Positions 28,347 through 38,920 are shown, counted from the first letter of the stretch. The stretch: 64,000 bases of DNA from Candidatus Tayloriibacteriota bacterium (GCA_903857825.1 CAIOGI010000001.1:40698-104697), one strand, 5' to 3'. Notes: generated from the letters alone by a model not told the origin. Translations and numbers: made by a program.

Positions 28347-29117
28347 ATGGATATACAAGAAATATTAAAAGATAGATACAAGGTTTTACCACCAGATATG
28401 CAAAAAGTTATCTCTGGTTCTGATTACTATTTGAAACTAACTGAAATATGTAAAAAATATAATCTACATGTTGACCAAAGCGGGGCACTGCAAACAGAAA
28501 CCATATTGGTAATGCTAGGACTTGAATCCGCAAATAGCTATAGTTCTAATATTCAAAATGCTCTTGAGATATCTAAAGAAAGTGCAGACCGTATTGCAAA
28601 GGATATTAGCGATTCAATATTTGTTGAAGTGCGTGACTCGCTAAAGAAGATAGATGAAATGCGTAATTTACCTGAAAATACCCATAGTTCAGTGGATATA
28701 CTCATAGATAGGGGAATCCCATTAAATTCAGTACCCAAAAATCCTATAGCTCCACCGATAATCACCCCCTACACCAAAGCCCCACAAACAATACCAGATC
28801 AAAAAACATTAAGGGAAGCGACGTCAGAACAAGGACCTACTCAAATTCCAATAAGTAAAACAATATCAAATATAGAAAGAGTCGGGCAGTTTAAAGTAGA
28901 GAAAGACCCATTATCCTCATCTCCTCAATATAAAGAAGACAATATAAATAGGGAAGCACTACTTAAACAAATTGAGGATGCACCTGTTCCATTAGTAGAC
29001 CATTTACTTGCAAATCCTATTATCAATTCTAATAAAACTCAGACTGAGAAAGAAGTTCCAAATAAAAGTGTTGATAATAAATCATATTCATTAGATCCGT
29101 ATAGAGAACAGATATAA
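28347..29117 (+). CDS. Hypothetical soluble protein
   Basis: An ORF within the operon, with 16-bp spacing to the preceding gene. Confidence 0.4.
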   Translation: MDIQEILKDRYKVLPPDMQKVISGSDYYLKLTEICKKYNLHVDQSGALQTETILVMLGLESANSYSSNIQNALEISKESADRIAKDISDSIFVEVRDSLKKIDEMRNLPENTHSSVDILIDRGIPLNSVPKNPIAPPIITPYTKAPQTIPDQKTLREATSEQGPTQIPISKTISNIERVGQFKVEKDPLSSSPQYKEDNINREALLKQIEDAPVPLVDHLLANPIINSNKTQTEKEVPNKSVDNKSYSLDPYREQI

Positions 29118-29138
29118 TAAGTATGGTAAAATAAAAGA

Positions 29139-29567
29139 ATGCAATATCAAGTTCCACAATTTATTGAAGTTGAGGATAAAATATTTGAAAAAATAACACT
29201 AAAGCAATTTATTTATCTTGCTGGAGGTGCTGGATTATCTTTTCTTATATACAAAATTGCAGGATCATTGATAATAGCGGCAATACCTATACTCATAGTC
29301 CTATCATTTTCAATAGCATTAGCTTGGTATAGGCTATATAGTCGTTTTCCTTTCATAGAAGTTGTTGAATGGATGTTCAAATATTTTACATCTTCTAGAT
29401 TATACATATGGAAGAAGGTAGATAAAAAACCCTCAGCGAATCCTGTCAAAGAAGTAAAGGAATATGCATCAATACTAGTGCCCAAAATTTCAGACAGCAA
29501 ATTAAAAGACCTCACATGGAGTTTGGATATTAAAGATAGTGTGTATAGTAATAAAAACCAAAATTAA
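29139..29567 (+). CDS. Small two-transmembrane membrane protein, possibly VirB3/PrgI-like
   Basis: Two adjacent hydrophobic helices. It is located just upstream of the VirB4-like ATPase. Confidence 0.4.
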   Translation: MQYQVPQFIEVEDKIFEKITLKQFIYLAGGAGLSFLIYKIAGSLIIAAIPILIVLSFSIALAWYRLYSRFPFIEVVEWMFKYFTSSRLYIWKKVDKKPSANPVKEVKEYASILVPKISDSKLKDLTWSLDIKDSVYSNKNQN

Positions 29568-29569
29568 AT

Positions 29570-30202
29570 ATGGCACAATCAACAAAAACCACACAAGACT
29601 TTGTACCAATACAAGAAATACGAGATGGAATCGTCGTTCTTAAAGATGGAACCATGCGTTCAATTGTATTGGCTTCTTCGTTAAACTTTGCATTAAAATC
29701 ATCCGATGAACAAAATGCCATAATTTCTCAATTCCAAAATTTCCTGAATTCTCTTGATTTTTCAGTGCAGATATTCATACAATCAAAAAAACTAGATATA
29801 AGACCATATTTGGGGCTATTAGAAGACAGGTACAAGGATCAAGTTACTGAACTGATGAAAATACAGACCAGAGAGTATATTGAATTCATAAGAACGTTTG
29901 TAGAAAATTCTAGCATTATGACAAAGAGTTTTTTTGTTGTCGTCCCATATAGTCCAGTGAGTATTTCTACATCCAATAATCCTATTAATAAATTCATGAA
30001 AAAAGAAGGGGAGGAAAAGGTATTGGCAAACGAGAAGTTCGAAGAATACAGAAGCCAACTAGAACAAAGAACGGGTGTTGTGGAACAGGGCTTGGTTCGA
30101 TGTGGTATACGCGTTGCAGAACTTGGTACAGAGGAGGTTGTAGAATTATATTATAAGATATTCAATCCTGGAGAAACTGAGAAGCCTATTCAGATAAACT
30201 AG
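29570..30202 (+). CDS. Hypothetical protein of the T4SS-like cluster
   Basis: An ORF tightly spaced with its neighbours. Confidence 0.4.
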   Translation: MAQSTKTTQDFVPIQEIRDGIVVLKDGTMRSIVLASSLNFALKSSDEQNAIISQFQNFLNSLDFSVQIFIQSKKLDIRPYLGLLEDRYKDQVTELMKIQTREYIEFIRTFVENSSIMTKSFFVVVPYSPVSISTSNNPINKFMKKEGEEKVLANEKFEEYRSQLEQRTGVVEQGLVRCGIRVAELGTEEVVELYYKIFNPGETEKPIQIN

Positions 30203-30231
30203 CCTTAAAACTGATTAAATAAATAATAAAT

Positions 30232-32064
30232 ATGAGTATATTTTCAAAATTATTTGCAAAAAAAGAAGAATCTCCAATTGTTTCTCTGATGCCACAGGAA
30301 ATATATGAGGCTGGAGTGCTTGAACTAAAAGATGTCATTGCTCCATCTGCATTAAAAATAACACCAAAAGAAATAAACCTAGGCGAGAAAATGGCTAGAA
30401 CGTTTTTTGTCATATCATATCCTAGATTTTTAACAGAAAGTTGGTTTGCTCCTATTATTAATCTAGACAAAGTTTTTAATATTTCAATTTTCATTCATCC
30501 AATAGACACAGCAAAGATACTTAGACACTTTCAAAAAAAGGTTGCTGAGGTTCAAAGTCAGATATCCACAAGAGAGGATAAGGGTTTGGTTCGTGATCCA
30601 ATGCTTGATACAGCATACCAGGACCTTGAATCATTACGCGATAACCTAATGCAGGCACAGGAAAAGCTTTTTGATGTTGGTGTATATATTACAATCTTTG
30701 GTGACTCGACTTCTGACCTAGACAAGATAGAGTCTGAGATGAAGTCCATACTCGAATCAAAGCTTGTTTATGTAAAACCAGCACTATTTCAACAAGAAAG
30801 TGGCTATAAGAGTGTTCTACCAATAGGGGATGATCAGTTAATGGTTCATTCGAAGCTGAATTCCTCACCACTTTCAAGTCTTTTCCCATTTGTTTCCTTT
30901 GACCTTACGTCTGACAAGGGTATATTGTACGGTATAAATCGACACAACTCATCACTTGTGCTGTTTGATAGATTCCTACTAGAAAACTACAATTCTGTCA
31001 CATTTGCAAAGGCAGGATCTGGAAAATCATACTGTACGAAGCTAGAGATACTTAGAACTTTGATGTTCGATACTGAGGTTATTGTTATTGATCCAGAAAA
31101 AGAATATGAGTACATGGCAGAAGCTACTGGTGGCAAATATTTTAATATTTCTTTAAATTCAGAACATCATATCAATCCTTTTGATCTTCCGATTCCAAGA
31201 GAAGATGAATCTGCTGCAGATATATTACGTTCAAACATTATAAACCTTGTAGGATTGTTCAGAATAATGCTTGGAGGTCTTACTCAGGAAGAAGATGCAA
31301 TAATAGACAGAGCCATTACAGAAACCTATGCTCTTAAAGATATTTCTCCTGAATCAGACTTTAGAAATGTTGAGCCCCCAATGCTTTCTGACTTTGAACT
31401 AGTACTAGCCGGAATGGAGGGTGCGGAATCGCTGGTGGAAAGATTGACGAAGTATACAAAGGGAACATGGTCTGGTTTCATAAACCGTCCATCAAATGTT
31501 GATATAAATAAGAAATTCGTCGTTTTCTCTCTTAGGGACATGGAGGATGAGTTGAAGCCTGTAGCGATGTATATAGTCACACATTATATATGGAATGCTA
31601 TTAGAAAAAATCTCCGAAAACGTCTTTTGGTCATAGATGAGGCTTGGTGGATGATGAAATCAGAAGATACGGCCTCATTCTTGCTTGGACTAGCAAAAAG
31701 AGGTAGAAAATACTATCTTGGACTTGCAACAATAACACAAGACGTTGATGATTTCTTGAAATCACCATATGGTCTTCCAATTATTACTAACTCATCTATT
31801 CAAATTCTATTAAAACAATCTCCTTCTTCTATTGATAATGTTCAGAGGACTTTTAATCTAACGGATGAAGAAAAGTATCTGCTTCTAGAATCAGATGTTG
31901 GAGAGGGTATATTCTTTGTCGGATTGAAGCATGTGGCATTAAAAGTGGTTGCTTCGTACACAGAAGATCAGATAATCACCACAAACCCTGCACAGGTTTT
32001 AGCTATTAAACAAGCAAAGCAGGATCTGGAAGCTTCTCAGCAGGGTGGTGCTGGGGTACAATAA
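30232..32064 (+). CDS. VirB4/TraC/TrbE-family conjugation/type IV secretion ATPase
   Basis: N-domain ...TFFVISYPRF.... Walker A FAKAGSGKSY, DPEKEY and Walker B LLVIDEAWWMM. Confidence 0.8.
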   Translation: MSIFSKLFAKKEESPIVSLMPQEIYEAGVLELKDVIAPSALKITPKEINLGEKMARTFFVISYPRFLTESWFAPIINLDKVFNISIFIHPIDTAKILRHFQKKVAEVQSQISTREDKGLVRDPMLDTAYQDLESLRDNLMQAQEKLFDVGVYITIFGDSTSDLDKIESEMKSILESKLVYVKPALFQQESGYKSVLPIGDDQLMVHSKLNSSPLSSLFPFVSFDLTSDKGILYGINRHNSSLVLFDRFLLENYNSVTFAKAGSGKSYCTKLEILRTLMFDTEVIVIDPEKEYEYMAEATGGKYFNISLNSEHHINPFDLPIPREDESAADILRSNIINLVGLFRIMLGGLTQEEDAIIDRAITETYALKDISPESDFRNVEPPMLSDFELVLAGMEGAESLVERLTKYTKGTWSGFINRPSNVDINKKFVVFSLRDMEDELKPVAMYIVTHYIWNAIRKNLRKRLLVIDEAWWMMKSEDTASFLLGLAKRGRKYYLGLATITQDVDDFLKSPYGLPIITNSSIQILLKQSPSSIDNVQRTFNLTDEEKYLLLESDVGEGIFFVGLKHVALKVVASYTEDQIITTNPAQVLAIKQAKQDLEASQQGGAGVQ

Positions 32065-32069
32065 TATAC

Positions 32070-32522
32070 ATGGCAGGAGAAATAAAACATAAGATAAGCA
32101 AACAAGCAACGTATATTCTAATTGGCCTAGCTGGAATTGCTGATATATTTACATTTATACCTTTTGTTGGTGATTTTGTAGGATGGATATTCTGGATAAT
32201 AATGTCTGTAGTTTTCTGGAAACTTGGATTGGGATTAGTAAATTACAGAAAGCTGACAAGTATGCTCATATCAACCGCAATAGAATTCATTCCTTTTGTA
32301 CAAATGTTGCCATCGATCACAGCCGCTATGGCTGCTATTATCTTTTTTAGTAGAATCGAAGAGAAAACGGGTCTAAAAATACTACCGACAAAAACAAAAC
32401 CAGGCATAACGAGACCAAATATAAGAAAAGCCCCGTTAAATTCTCAGTCAGGTATCAGACAACCGAGAAACATAGTAAAACTTGAGCAGCCCGTTGACGA
32501 AGGGTTGGATATTGCTGCGTAA
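32070..32522 (+). CDS. Small integral membrane protein (2-3 transmembrane helices)
   Basis: ILIGLAGIADIFTFIPFVGDFVGWIFWIIMSVVFW. Confidence 0.45.
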   Translation: MAGEIKHKISKQATYILIGLAGIADIFTFIPFVGDFVGWIFWIIMSVVFWKLGLGLVNYRKLTSMLISTAIEFIPFVQMLPSITAAMAAIIFFSRIEEKTGLKILPTKTKPGITRPNIRKAPLNSQSGIRQPRNIVKLEQPVDEGLDIAA

Positions 32523-32634
32523 GTGGGGAAATGCGCTTGATAAGACAGGAGGAATCTTTTTGTACAACTAATTTCACACGAGCTGTACACAGTGAATGAT
32601 GAAATAGAAGTGCCCTTGTGGTAAAATATATGTA

Positions 32635-33651
32635 ATGAAAAAACTTTTATCAATAACTTTTATACTTGTTTTATCTCTATCTTTTTCATACACAAATGCC
32701 CAAGTACAACAGGGAATAGATGGCGTAGAAATATACTCTAAACCAAAGAATCCAGCCGAGTATCAGAATGTTACACTATATCTGGAAAGCTTTTTAGAGG
32801 ACCTAGACTCCTCATCCATAATCTGGATGATTAATGGTAAAACAGAGGCTCACGGCGTTGGAATGAAAGAACTTCAGGTTATCGCTCCAAAAACAGGTAA
32901 AACATTAGTGGCTGTTGCAATAATAAAAACAAGTGCTGGAAAGGAAATAAAAAAAAGTTTTGTTATAAAATCTGGTTCTGTAGATATTGTGTTTGAAAGC
33001 AAGGGATATGTTCCACCATTCTATAAAGGTAAGAACTTTTTTTCCTATCAAAACTGGATAAGACTTGTTGCAATACCACACCTATCGGTTGACGGTGTGA
33101 CCGAAGTTAGTCCAAAGAATCTTATCTATGTTTGGAAGCGCGGAGGTAAATACATAGAAGGTGGGAAGGGTTATGGCAAGCAAAGCGTAGACATAAAGGC
33201 TGATGATGTACCAAAAACACTTGAGGTATCTGTCGAAGTATACACAAGAGATCAAAGCCAATTTGCTTCTGCCACACTTAATATCAACCCCACAGAACCA
33301 ACCGTGCTTATTTATGAAATGAGTCCTCTATATGGAGTTTTGTTTAATAAAGCATTGATAGATAAGATCACACTTGATAGTTCAGAAATAAGTATGCTAG
33401 CTGCTCCGTTTGGTTTTAATTACAATTCAAAAACCAATCAATTAAAGTACAATTGGTCAATAAACAATGTAGAGCAGACAAACTTAGTTAACAATCAAAG
33501 TATTGTATTAAAGACAACAGGGGAGGTTGATGGTAGCTCGGATGTAAATATTGATATTAGAAGCAATACCGAAATGCTTCAAGGAGCTTATTCGTCAGTA
33601 AGAGTTAATTTTAAAAAAGCAACAACAAATAATGATAGCGTAATATTTTAA
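32635..33651 (+). CDS. Secreted protein (signal peptide) that is beta-rich
   Basis: MKKLLSITFILVLSLSFSYTNA followed by a hydrophilic mature protein. Confidence 0.45.
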   Translation: MKKLLSITFILVLSLSFSYTNAQVQQGIDGVEIYSKPKNPAEYQNVTLYLESFLEDLDSSSIIWMINGKTEAHGVGMKELQVIAPKTGKTLVAVAIIKTSAGKEIKKSFVIKSGSVDIVFESKGYVPPFYKGKNFFSYQNWIRLVAIPHLSVDGVTEVSPKNLIYVWKRGGKYIEGGKGYGKQSVDIKADDVPKTLEVSVEVYTRDQSQFASATLNINPTEPTVLIYEMSPLYGVLFNKALIDKITLDSSEISMLAAPFGFNYNSKTNQLKYNWSINNVEQTNLVNNQSIVLKTTGEVDGSSDVNIDIRSNTEMLQGAYSSVRVNFKKATTNNDSVIF

Positions 33652-33653
33652 AC

Positions 33654-34796
33654 ATGAAAAAGATTTTTATATTCATACTCATACTAGCAATATTAATACC
33701 AATATCAATTAGGGCGGCAGATGAATACACCCTACTTGAACCCCTGCCTTGTATTGAGGGAACTGGAAACACTTGTACTGCTGGGGCAACAAGCACACCC
33801 ACAATGAACATAGAGACCTATATTGGGTATATATTTAAATTTGCTATAGCTATTTCTGCATTCTTGGCGATAATAATGATAATATATGGCGGTTTTGAAA
33901 TAATGCTAAGCGAGGCTGTGCCAGCAAAAATGGACGGCAAGGAAAGAATAAAGAATGCTATATTTGGATTAATAATGGTTTTGGCTTCATATCTTATTCT
34001 AAGAACAATAGATCCAAGGTTAGTAGAAATAAATACAAGAATTGCACCAATAGATACAGCCCGTCTAATCGCAGAAATGAAAGATTTTCACGAGAAGCTA
34101 AATAGTGATATAAATAATTCGGTTAGAATAAATAATGCAAGTTCAAAGGCTTCTTTAGAACAATTAGATAGATTAAATAATTACAAGCAACAACTTGAAG
34201 ATACTTTGGAAATGGCAAATATCACAGACAACGAAAGAGATTTCTTTGAAGCCGAGCTAGAACAAGCAACAAGAAGCATAAACTCAGTTAAGTCTGAAAA
34301 AAACCTAAGTGAGGCCAATAGTAGTGGATTATCACATTTTAAAAGAGCCACCTCAATAATAAACAATCCAAATGCTGATAGCAGTGATCTTGCCACACTA
34401 AACTCTGAATATTTAAATCAAGATTCCATGAGTACATCTGTGTATACAACATATCAAGCCAAGATTCTTGATGCTGAATCAAGAAGAAATACTGCAGAGT
34501 CTGACCTTTTAATAAAACAGAGGGATTTCTTTATTAACCAAATAAAAGAAGAGAAGATATTAAAAGACAAAATAATAACTCACAAAACTACAGGAGTAGT
34601 AAATAATAGTGGCAGCTGGTCTCCAACGTCTGTCGGAGAGATTAATAATACAGTATTCCTTGAAAGCTATATCGAAGAATCGCGTAATGAGCTAATAAAC
34701 CCCACAAAGATTGTGGGAACGGGAATTGATCCTGTGGTATACACAACCATGCTGCAAACCAGAATTGATAAGTTAAACAAAGCCCTAAACAAATAA
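33654..34796 (+). CDS. Signal peptide plus a double-transmembrane hairpin (VirB2/TrbC pilin-like topology), followed by a roughly 250-aa coiled-coil extension
   Basis: MKKIFIFILILAILIPISIRAADEY..., then two hydrophobic helices (FAIAISAFLAIIMIIYGG / AIFGLIMVLASYLIL). Confidence 0.4.
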   Translation: MKKIFIFILILAILIPISIRAADEYTLLEPLPCIEGTGNTCTAGATSTPTMNIETYIGYIFKFAIAISAFLAIIMIIYGGFEIMLSEAVPAKMDGKERIKNAIFGLIMVLASYLILRTIDPRLVEINTRIAPIDTARLIAEMKDFHEKLNSDINNSVRINNASSKASLEQLDRLNNYKQQLEDTLEMANITDNERDFFEAELEQATRSINSVKSEKNLSEANSSGLSHFKRATSIINNPNADSSDLATLNSEYLNQDSMSTSVYTTYQAKILDAESRRNTAESDLLIKQRDFFINQIKEEKILKDKIITHKTTGVVNNSGSWSPTSVGEINNTVFLESYIEESRNELINPTKIVGTGIDPVVYTTMLQTRIDKLNKALNK

Positions 34797-34797
34797 C

Positions 34798-36090
34798 ATG
34801 CAAAAAGTATTTATAGCCAGCATATCAATAGTGATACTTATCCTTATCGGTGCAGGGGTGTATTGGTATGTGAACAAAGACATAGTCTCACAGTTACCAG
34901 CAACTACTGAGGGTGAAACAAGAGATCCTTTTGTTCCACTTAACAGAAATGGAATTACAGCAGAGAATCCAAACACCCCAACAAATCAGAATGAAAATAC
35001 TGAGCCCACAACACCATCGAACAACGCATCTTTTAAAATGCCCAAGCTTAGACAATTGAGCAACACGCCAGTAGCAGGAATGTATGCCAGCACAACAAAA
35101 ATAAGGGATTTAAATTTCTCAAGCACAACAATTGAAAAAACAATAGTTCGTTTTGTCGACAGGGGAACTGGGCACATATACGAAGCAAATGATAGTGATT
35201 TAAATATAGAAAAACTATCAAACACGACACTTCCAAAGATCTATGAGGCTTTTTGGAATAAAAACCTAACAGCAATGGTTGTGAGATATTTAAAGGACAA
35301 TACAGACATGATCACAAACTTTTATGCTGAAGTAAGGTCAAATCCAAACTCAACAGCATCTTCTACAACATCGTTCGAAGTTAAGGGTAAATATTTATCT
35401 CCAAATATTAACCAAGTAGCTGTATCTCCAGAAGGTAACAGAATATTTACATGGAATATTGAAAACGATAGCGGTGTTGGCTATTTATCATCTTTTGATG
35501 AAAAAGGTAAAACAAAAATAATAGATACTCCGCTAACCCAAATGAATATTGACTGGCCAGCAACATCTACAGTTACACTAACCACTCGCGGATCGGGTTT
35601 TTCTTTGGGATATATGTATGCAATAAACACAAAAAACGCCTCTACACGTAAACTATTTGGTGGAATTCGTGGTATATCTGCCAAAATGAGTAGGGATGGC
35701 AAGAATGTTATTTATTCTACTGGTGGAAACAATCTTACCTTAGGACTTTTCAATACAAACAAGTCTGAATTCACAGAAGTCATGTTCAATACGATCGCAG
35801 ACAAGTGTGTGTGGAGCTCAATCAGAACAAATGAAGCCTACTGCGCTGTTCCAAACGAAACACCTGCCGGAGTGTATCCCGATGATTGGTATAAGGGTAA
35901 AATCTTGTTTACAGATAAAATATGGCACCTAGACACAACGACAGGGGAAGTGCACTTATTGGCAAACCTTCTTGATCTTTCAAATAAACTGATTGACGCT
36001 ACTGAACTTGTACTTGATCCAAAAGAGAATTATTTATACTTTATAAACAAAAGGGATTTGACGCTTTGGGCACTAGATCTAAACCAGTAG
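34798..36090 (+). CDS. N-terminally anchored extracytoplasmic protein that is beta-rich. It is the last gene of the cluster.
   Basis: The transmembrane anchor ISIVILILIGAGVYWYV. Confidence 0.45.
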   Translation: MQKVFIASISIVILILIGAGVYWYVNKDIVSQLPATTEGETRDPFVPLNRNGITAENPNTPTNQNENTEPTTPSNNASFKMPKLRQLSNTPVAGMYASTTKIRDLNFSSTTIEKTIVRFVDRGTGHIYEANDSDLNIEKLSNTTLPKIYEAFWNKNLTAMVVRYLKDNTDMITNFYAEVRSNPNSTASSTTSFEVKGKYLSPNINQVAVSPEGNRIFTWNIENDSGVGYLSSFDEKGKTKIIDTPLTQMNIDWPATSTVTLTTRGSGFSLGYMYAINTKNASTRKLFGGIRGISAKMSRDGKNVIYSTGGNNLTLGLFNTNKSEFTEVMFNTIADKCVWSSIRTNEAYCAVPNETPAGVYPDDWYKGKILFTDKIWHLDTTTGEVHLLANLLDLSNKLIDATELVLDPKENYLYFINKRDLTLWALDLNQ

Positions 36091-36188
36091 TAAAATTGGA
36101 CTCGCTTGCTTGCGCTCGGGAGCACTTTATTTTTATACGCAAGCTAGTAAAAATAAAGTCTCCCTCACCGCGTCGAGTCCAATTTTAC
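36090..36188. repeat. Palindromic intergenic repeat element, copy B. It exactly fills the gap between convergent stop codons.
   Basis: Its termini gtaaaattggactcgcttgcttgcgctcgg ... cctcaccgcgtcgagtccaattttac are near-identical to copy A. Confidence 0.7.
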
Positions 36189-36926
36189 TTATAGTGGCTG
36201 ATGCTTCTTTAAATGCCTTCTAACTACTAGTTCCTGACCCAATGTGAACAAACTGCTTATAGCCCAATATAGAGCAACTACAGCTGATATTTTGTAGGAG
36301 ATTAGAAACACAATAACAGGAAAAACATATTTCATGTTTTTCATCATGTTTTGTGCCATATCCATTTGTGATGGTGGTCCCTTTGGTGCATTCGTATTTG
36401 GTTTTGGTGCTGTGGCTGAAAGAGAGTAGTGTAATTGGAAGAATTGAGCCGCTGCAGCAATTATCGATAATGGTATGCTTCTAACTCCAATATCCATAAT
36501 GCCCAAAAAATGCATATTTATAATGGGAGAAGAAACAAAGCTATATAAAAGAGCATCCTTTACTACTGGTAATCCTGAATTAATGAAAATTGAGTAAAGA
36601 GCATAAATAATTGGTAGTTGTATTATCAAAACAAGAAAACTAGAAAAAGGATTGACCCCCTTTTCCTTATACAAAGCCATAACCTTAACAGCTTGTTGTT
36701 GTTTGTCTGGAACTGTTTCTTTTAACCTGTTTAATTCTGGCTCTATTTCTTTCATCCTAACCTGCGTAACTATGGCTTTCTTTGAGAGAGGGAAGAGAAT
36801 GAGTCGAACAATTATTGTAAGAATAATCACAGCAATTCCAGCATCTGCCCAAGGAAAGACATCTATTAAATAGATTAACCCATTATAAAGAGGGTTAAAG
36901 ATAAAAGTGTTGTATATATAAGACAT
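36189..36926 (-). CDS. yidC: Membrane protein insertase YidC/Oxa1 (the short form)
   Basis: ...IVRLILFPLSKKAIVTQVRMKEIEPELNRLKE...KVMALYKEKGVNPFSSF.... Confidence 0.9.
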   Translation of the reverse strand: MSYIYNTFIFNPLYNGLIYLIDVFPWADAGIAVIILTIIVRLILFPLSKKAIVTQVRMKEIEPELNRLKETVPDKQQQAVKVMALYKEKGVNPFSSFLVLIIQLPIIYALYSIFINSGLPVVKDALLYSFVSSPIINMHFLGIMDIGVRSIPLSIIAAAAQFFQLHYSLSATAPKPNTNAPKGPPSQMDMAQNMMKNMKYVFPVIVFLISYKISAVVALYWAISSLFTLGQELVVRRHLKKHQPL

Positions 36927-36936
36927 GTTTTATATT

Positions 36937-37272
36937 TTACTTTAAAAGTCCTGATTTAACAAAGGCATATTCTATTTCTTTTTTTAATACATCGTGTGAG
37001 ATGTCTTCTATATTTTTTTTAATAGTGATTACCACACTTCTCTTGATCACAAATCTTGGTATTAGATCTTTCACAATTGAGTAGATACGTCTTTTTACCC
37101 TATTTCTAATTACAGCTGTCTTTGCTATCTTTTTTGAAATGACAACAGCGAAACGGCTACCACTGTCGGTATTTGAGCATTTAAGAAAAAATAACGGGCT
37201 ATGAAAAATAAGGCCCTTTGTCTGTGTTTCTTTAAAAACCTCCTTTGATATCCTCTGTGAACGAGGCAGCAT
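36937..37272 (-). CDS. rnpA: RNase P protein component. The track ORF is extended 5' to 37416, but the real start is probably the ATG two nt after the rpmH stop.
   Basis: ...SGSRFAVVISKKIAKTAVIRNRVKRRIYS... carries the RNR-motif. Confidence 0.8.
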   Translation of the reverse strand: MLPRSQRISKEVFKETQTKGLIFHSPLFFLKCSNTDSGSRFAVVISKKIAKTAVIRNRVKRRIYSIVKDLIPRFVIKRSVVITIKKNIEDISHDVLKKEIEYAFVKSGLLK

Positions 37273-37274
37273 GT

Positions 37275-37409
37275 TTATACGGCTATTTTCTTGCGTCCCT
37301 TTGTTCGACGTCGCTTCAAAACACGGCGTCCGGTCGAAGATTTTGAGCGCACAAGGAATCCATGTGTTTTTGCTCTCTTTCTTTTCTTTGGTTGATATGT
37401 AAATGACAT
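37275..37409 (-). CDS. rpmH: 50S ribosomal protein L34. It is not in the ORF track; I found it by hand-translating the minus strand.
   Basis: It translates to [44 protein letters not shown]. Confidence 0.85.
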   Translation of the reverse strand: MSFTYQPKKRKRAKTHGFLVRSKSSTGRRVLKRRRTKGRKKIAV

Positions 37410-37567
37410 AGTTCAAGTACTATACATCACAAGAAAGAATAATTCAAGTTTTTTGAATAATTACGGTAGTCCACAGCTTATCAACATGTTTATACCATTT
37501 CCACAAGTTTGCATTTTTATAAACAAGTATATAATTAGTAAATTAATTTGCTTATAATAATAACAAA

Positions 37568-38920
37568 ATGAAAGACTATGTAGAACTATGGAATAGGGCA
37601 ATGACTGATATAGAACTTGCTGTTTCAAAGGCAAATTTTTCTACATGGTTCAAGGATACTTATATTATAAAAATTGAGGAGGGGGTTATATTCCTTGGTG
37701 TTCCAAATCCTTTTATACAGCAATGGTTGTACAAGAAATTTCACAATACAATTCTAAAGTCACTACGCCAAATAGACACAGGCACGAGAGCGCTTGAATA
37801 CATCATTCTAAAGGAAGCAGATAGGAAAAAGATTGTAGAAAAGAAAGCGGCACCACAACAACAAAGCCCTACAATTTCAATGCCTCTTCATGATTTTTAC
37901 ATAGACAAAGACGACAATCTAAACCCTCGTTATGTCTTTGACTCCTTTGTTGTTGGTCCCTTTAATGAATTGGCACATGCAGCATCAAAGGCTGTTGTTA
38001 AAAATCCAGGGTCCGTATACAACCCTTTGTTTATATATGGAAACACAGGTCATGGAAAAACCCACTTGATACAAGCGATAGGTAATCATATAAAGAAAGA
38101 CTTTCCTCAAAAAAAGGTATTCTATCTAACATCAGAGCGCTTTGGTTCTGAATATTTCAGCTCTTTACAAACAAATAGTGCACAGAAGTTTAAAGAAAAG
38201 TATAGAAAGTATGATGTTATTATAATGGACGATGTACAGTTCTTTGCTAGTAAAGAGAAATTTCAAGAAGAATTATTCCATCTCTTTGAAACCTTTTACC
38301 AAACAAATCGCCAACTAGTCTTTTCTTCAGACAAACATCCAAATTTCATACCAGGGCTAGAAGGAAGGCTTAAATCTCGCTTTGTTTCGGGAATGATTAT
38401 CGACATACCAACACCAGATCAAGAATCTAAAATCGCCATACTAAAGGCAAAGAGTATGAGTAACAACATAGAGCTGACTGACGAAATCTTGAATTTTCTT
38501 GCCTCAAACATAGAAAGTAATGTTAGGGAGATAGAGGGAATAATAAACACCATTGCATGCCAGACACAATTAAAAAACCACACTCTCACAGTTATGGAGG
38601 TTAAGAATTTAATAAAAAACAGTGCTAGACCCAAGAAAAATATCTCCGTCAAAGAAGTAATAAAGATAATAACTGATTTTTACAACATTAGTGAGGAAAG
38701 TATTTTTGACAAAACAAGAAAGAAGGATGTGGTTAAGCCACGTCAGGTTATTATGTACTTGCTCAGGGAAGACTTTAGTCTTTCTTTCCCTTCAATAGGG
38801 GAGAAGCTCGGTGGACGTGACCACACAACAGTCATACACTCTTGCGAGAAGATCAGAGAAGACTTGAAAACCAATTCTGTTCTTATAAATGAGATTTCTC
38901 AGATAAGAGCGATGTTGTAA
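37568..38920 (+). CDS. dnaA: Chromosomal replication initiator DnaA
   Basis: GNTGHGKTHL, the AAA+ motifs and the C-terminal DNA-binding domain ...RQVIMYLLRE.... Confidence 0.95.
   Translation: MKDYVELWNRAMTDIELAVSKANFSTWFKDTYIIKIEEGVIFLGVPNPFIQQWLYKKFHNTILKSLRQIDTGTRALEYIILKEADRKKIVEKKAAPQQQSPTISMPLHDFYIDKDDNLNPRYVFDSFVVGPFNELAHAASKAVVKNPGSVYNPLFIYGNTGHGKTHLIQAIGNHIKKDFPQKKVFYLTSERFGSEYFSSLQTNSAQKFKEKYRKYDVIIMDDVQFFASKEKFQEELFHLFETFYQTNRQLVFSSDKHPNFIPGLEGRLKSRFVSGMIIDIPTPDQESKIAILKAKSMSNNIELTDEILNFLASNIESNVREIEGIINTIACQTQLKNHTLTVMEVKNLIKNSARPKKNISVKEVIKIITDFYNISEESIFDKTRKKDVVKPRQVIMYLLREDFSLSFPSIGEKLGGRDHTTVIHSCEKIREDLKTNSVLINEISQIRAML

Noticed and set aside
37273-37416. 5' extension of the rnpA track ORF ([15 protein letters not shown]...)
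   Set aside because: The extension is actually the rpmH gene in another frame. L34 translates cleanly from 37409, and rnpA starts at the ATG at 37272.
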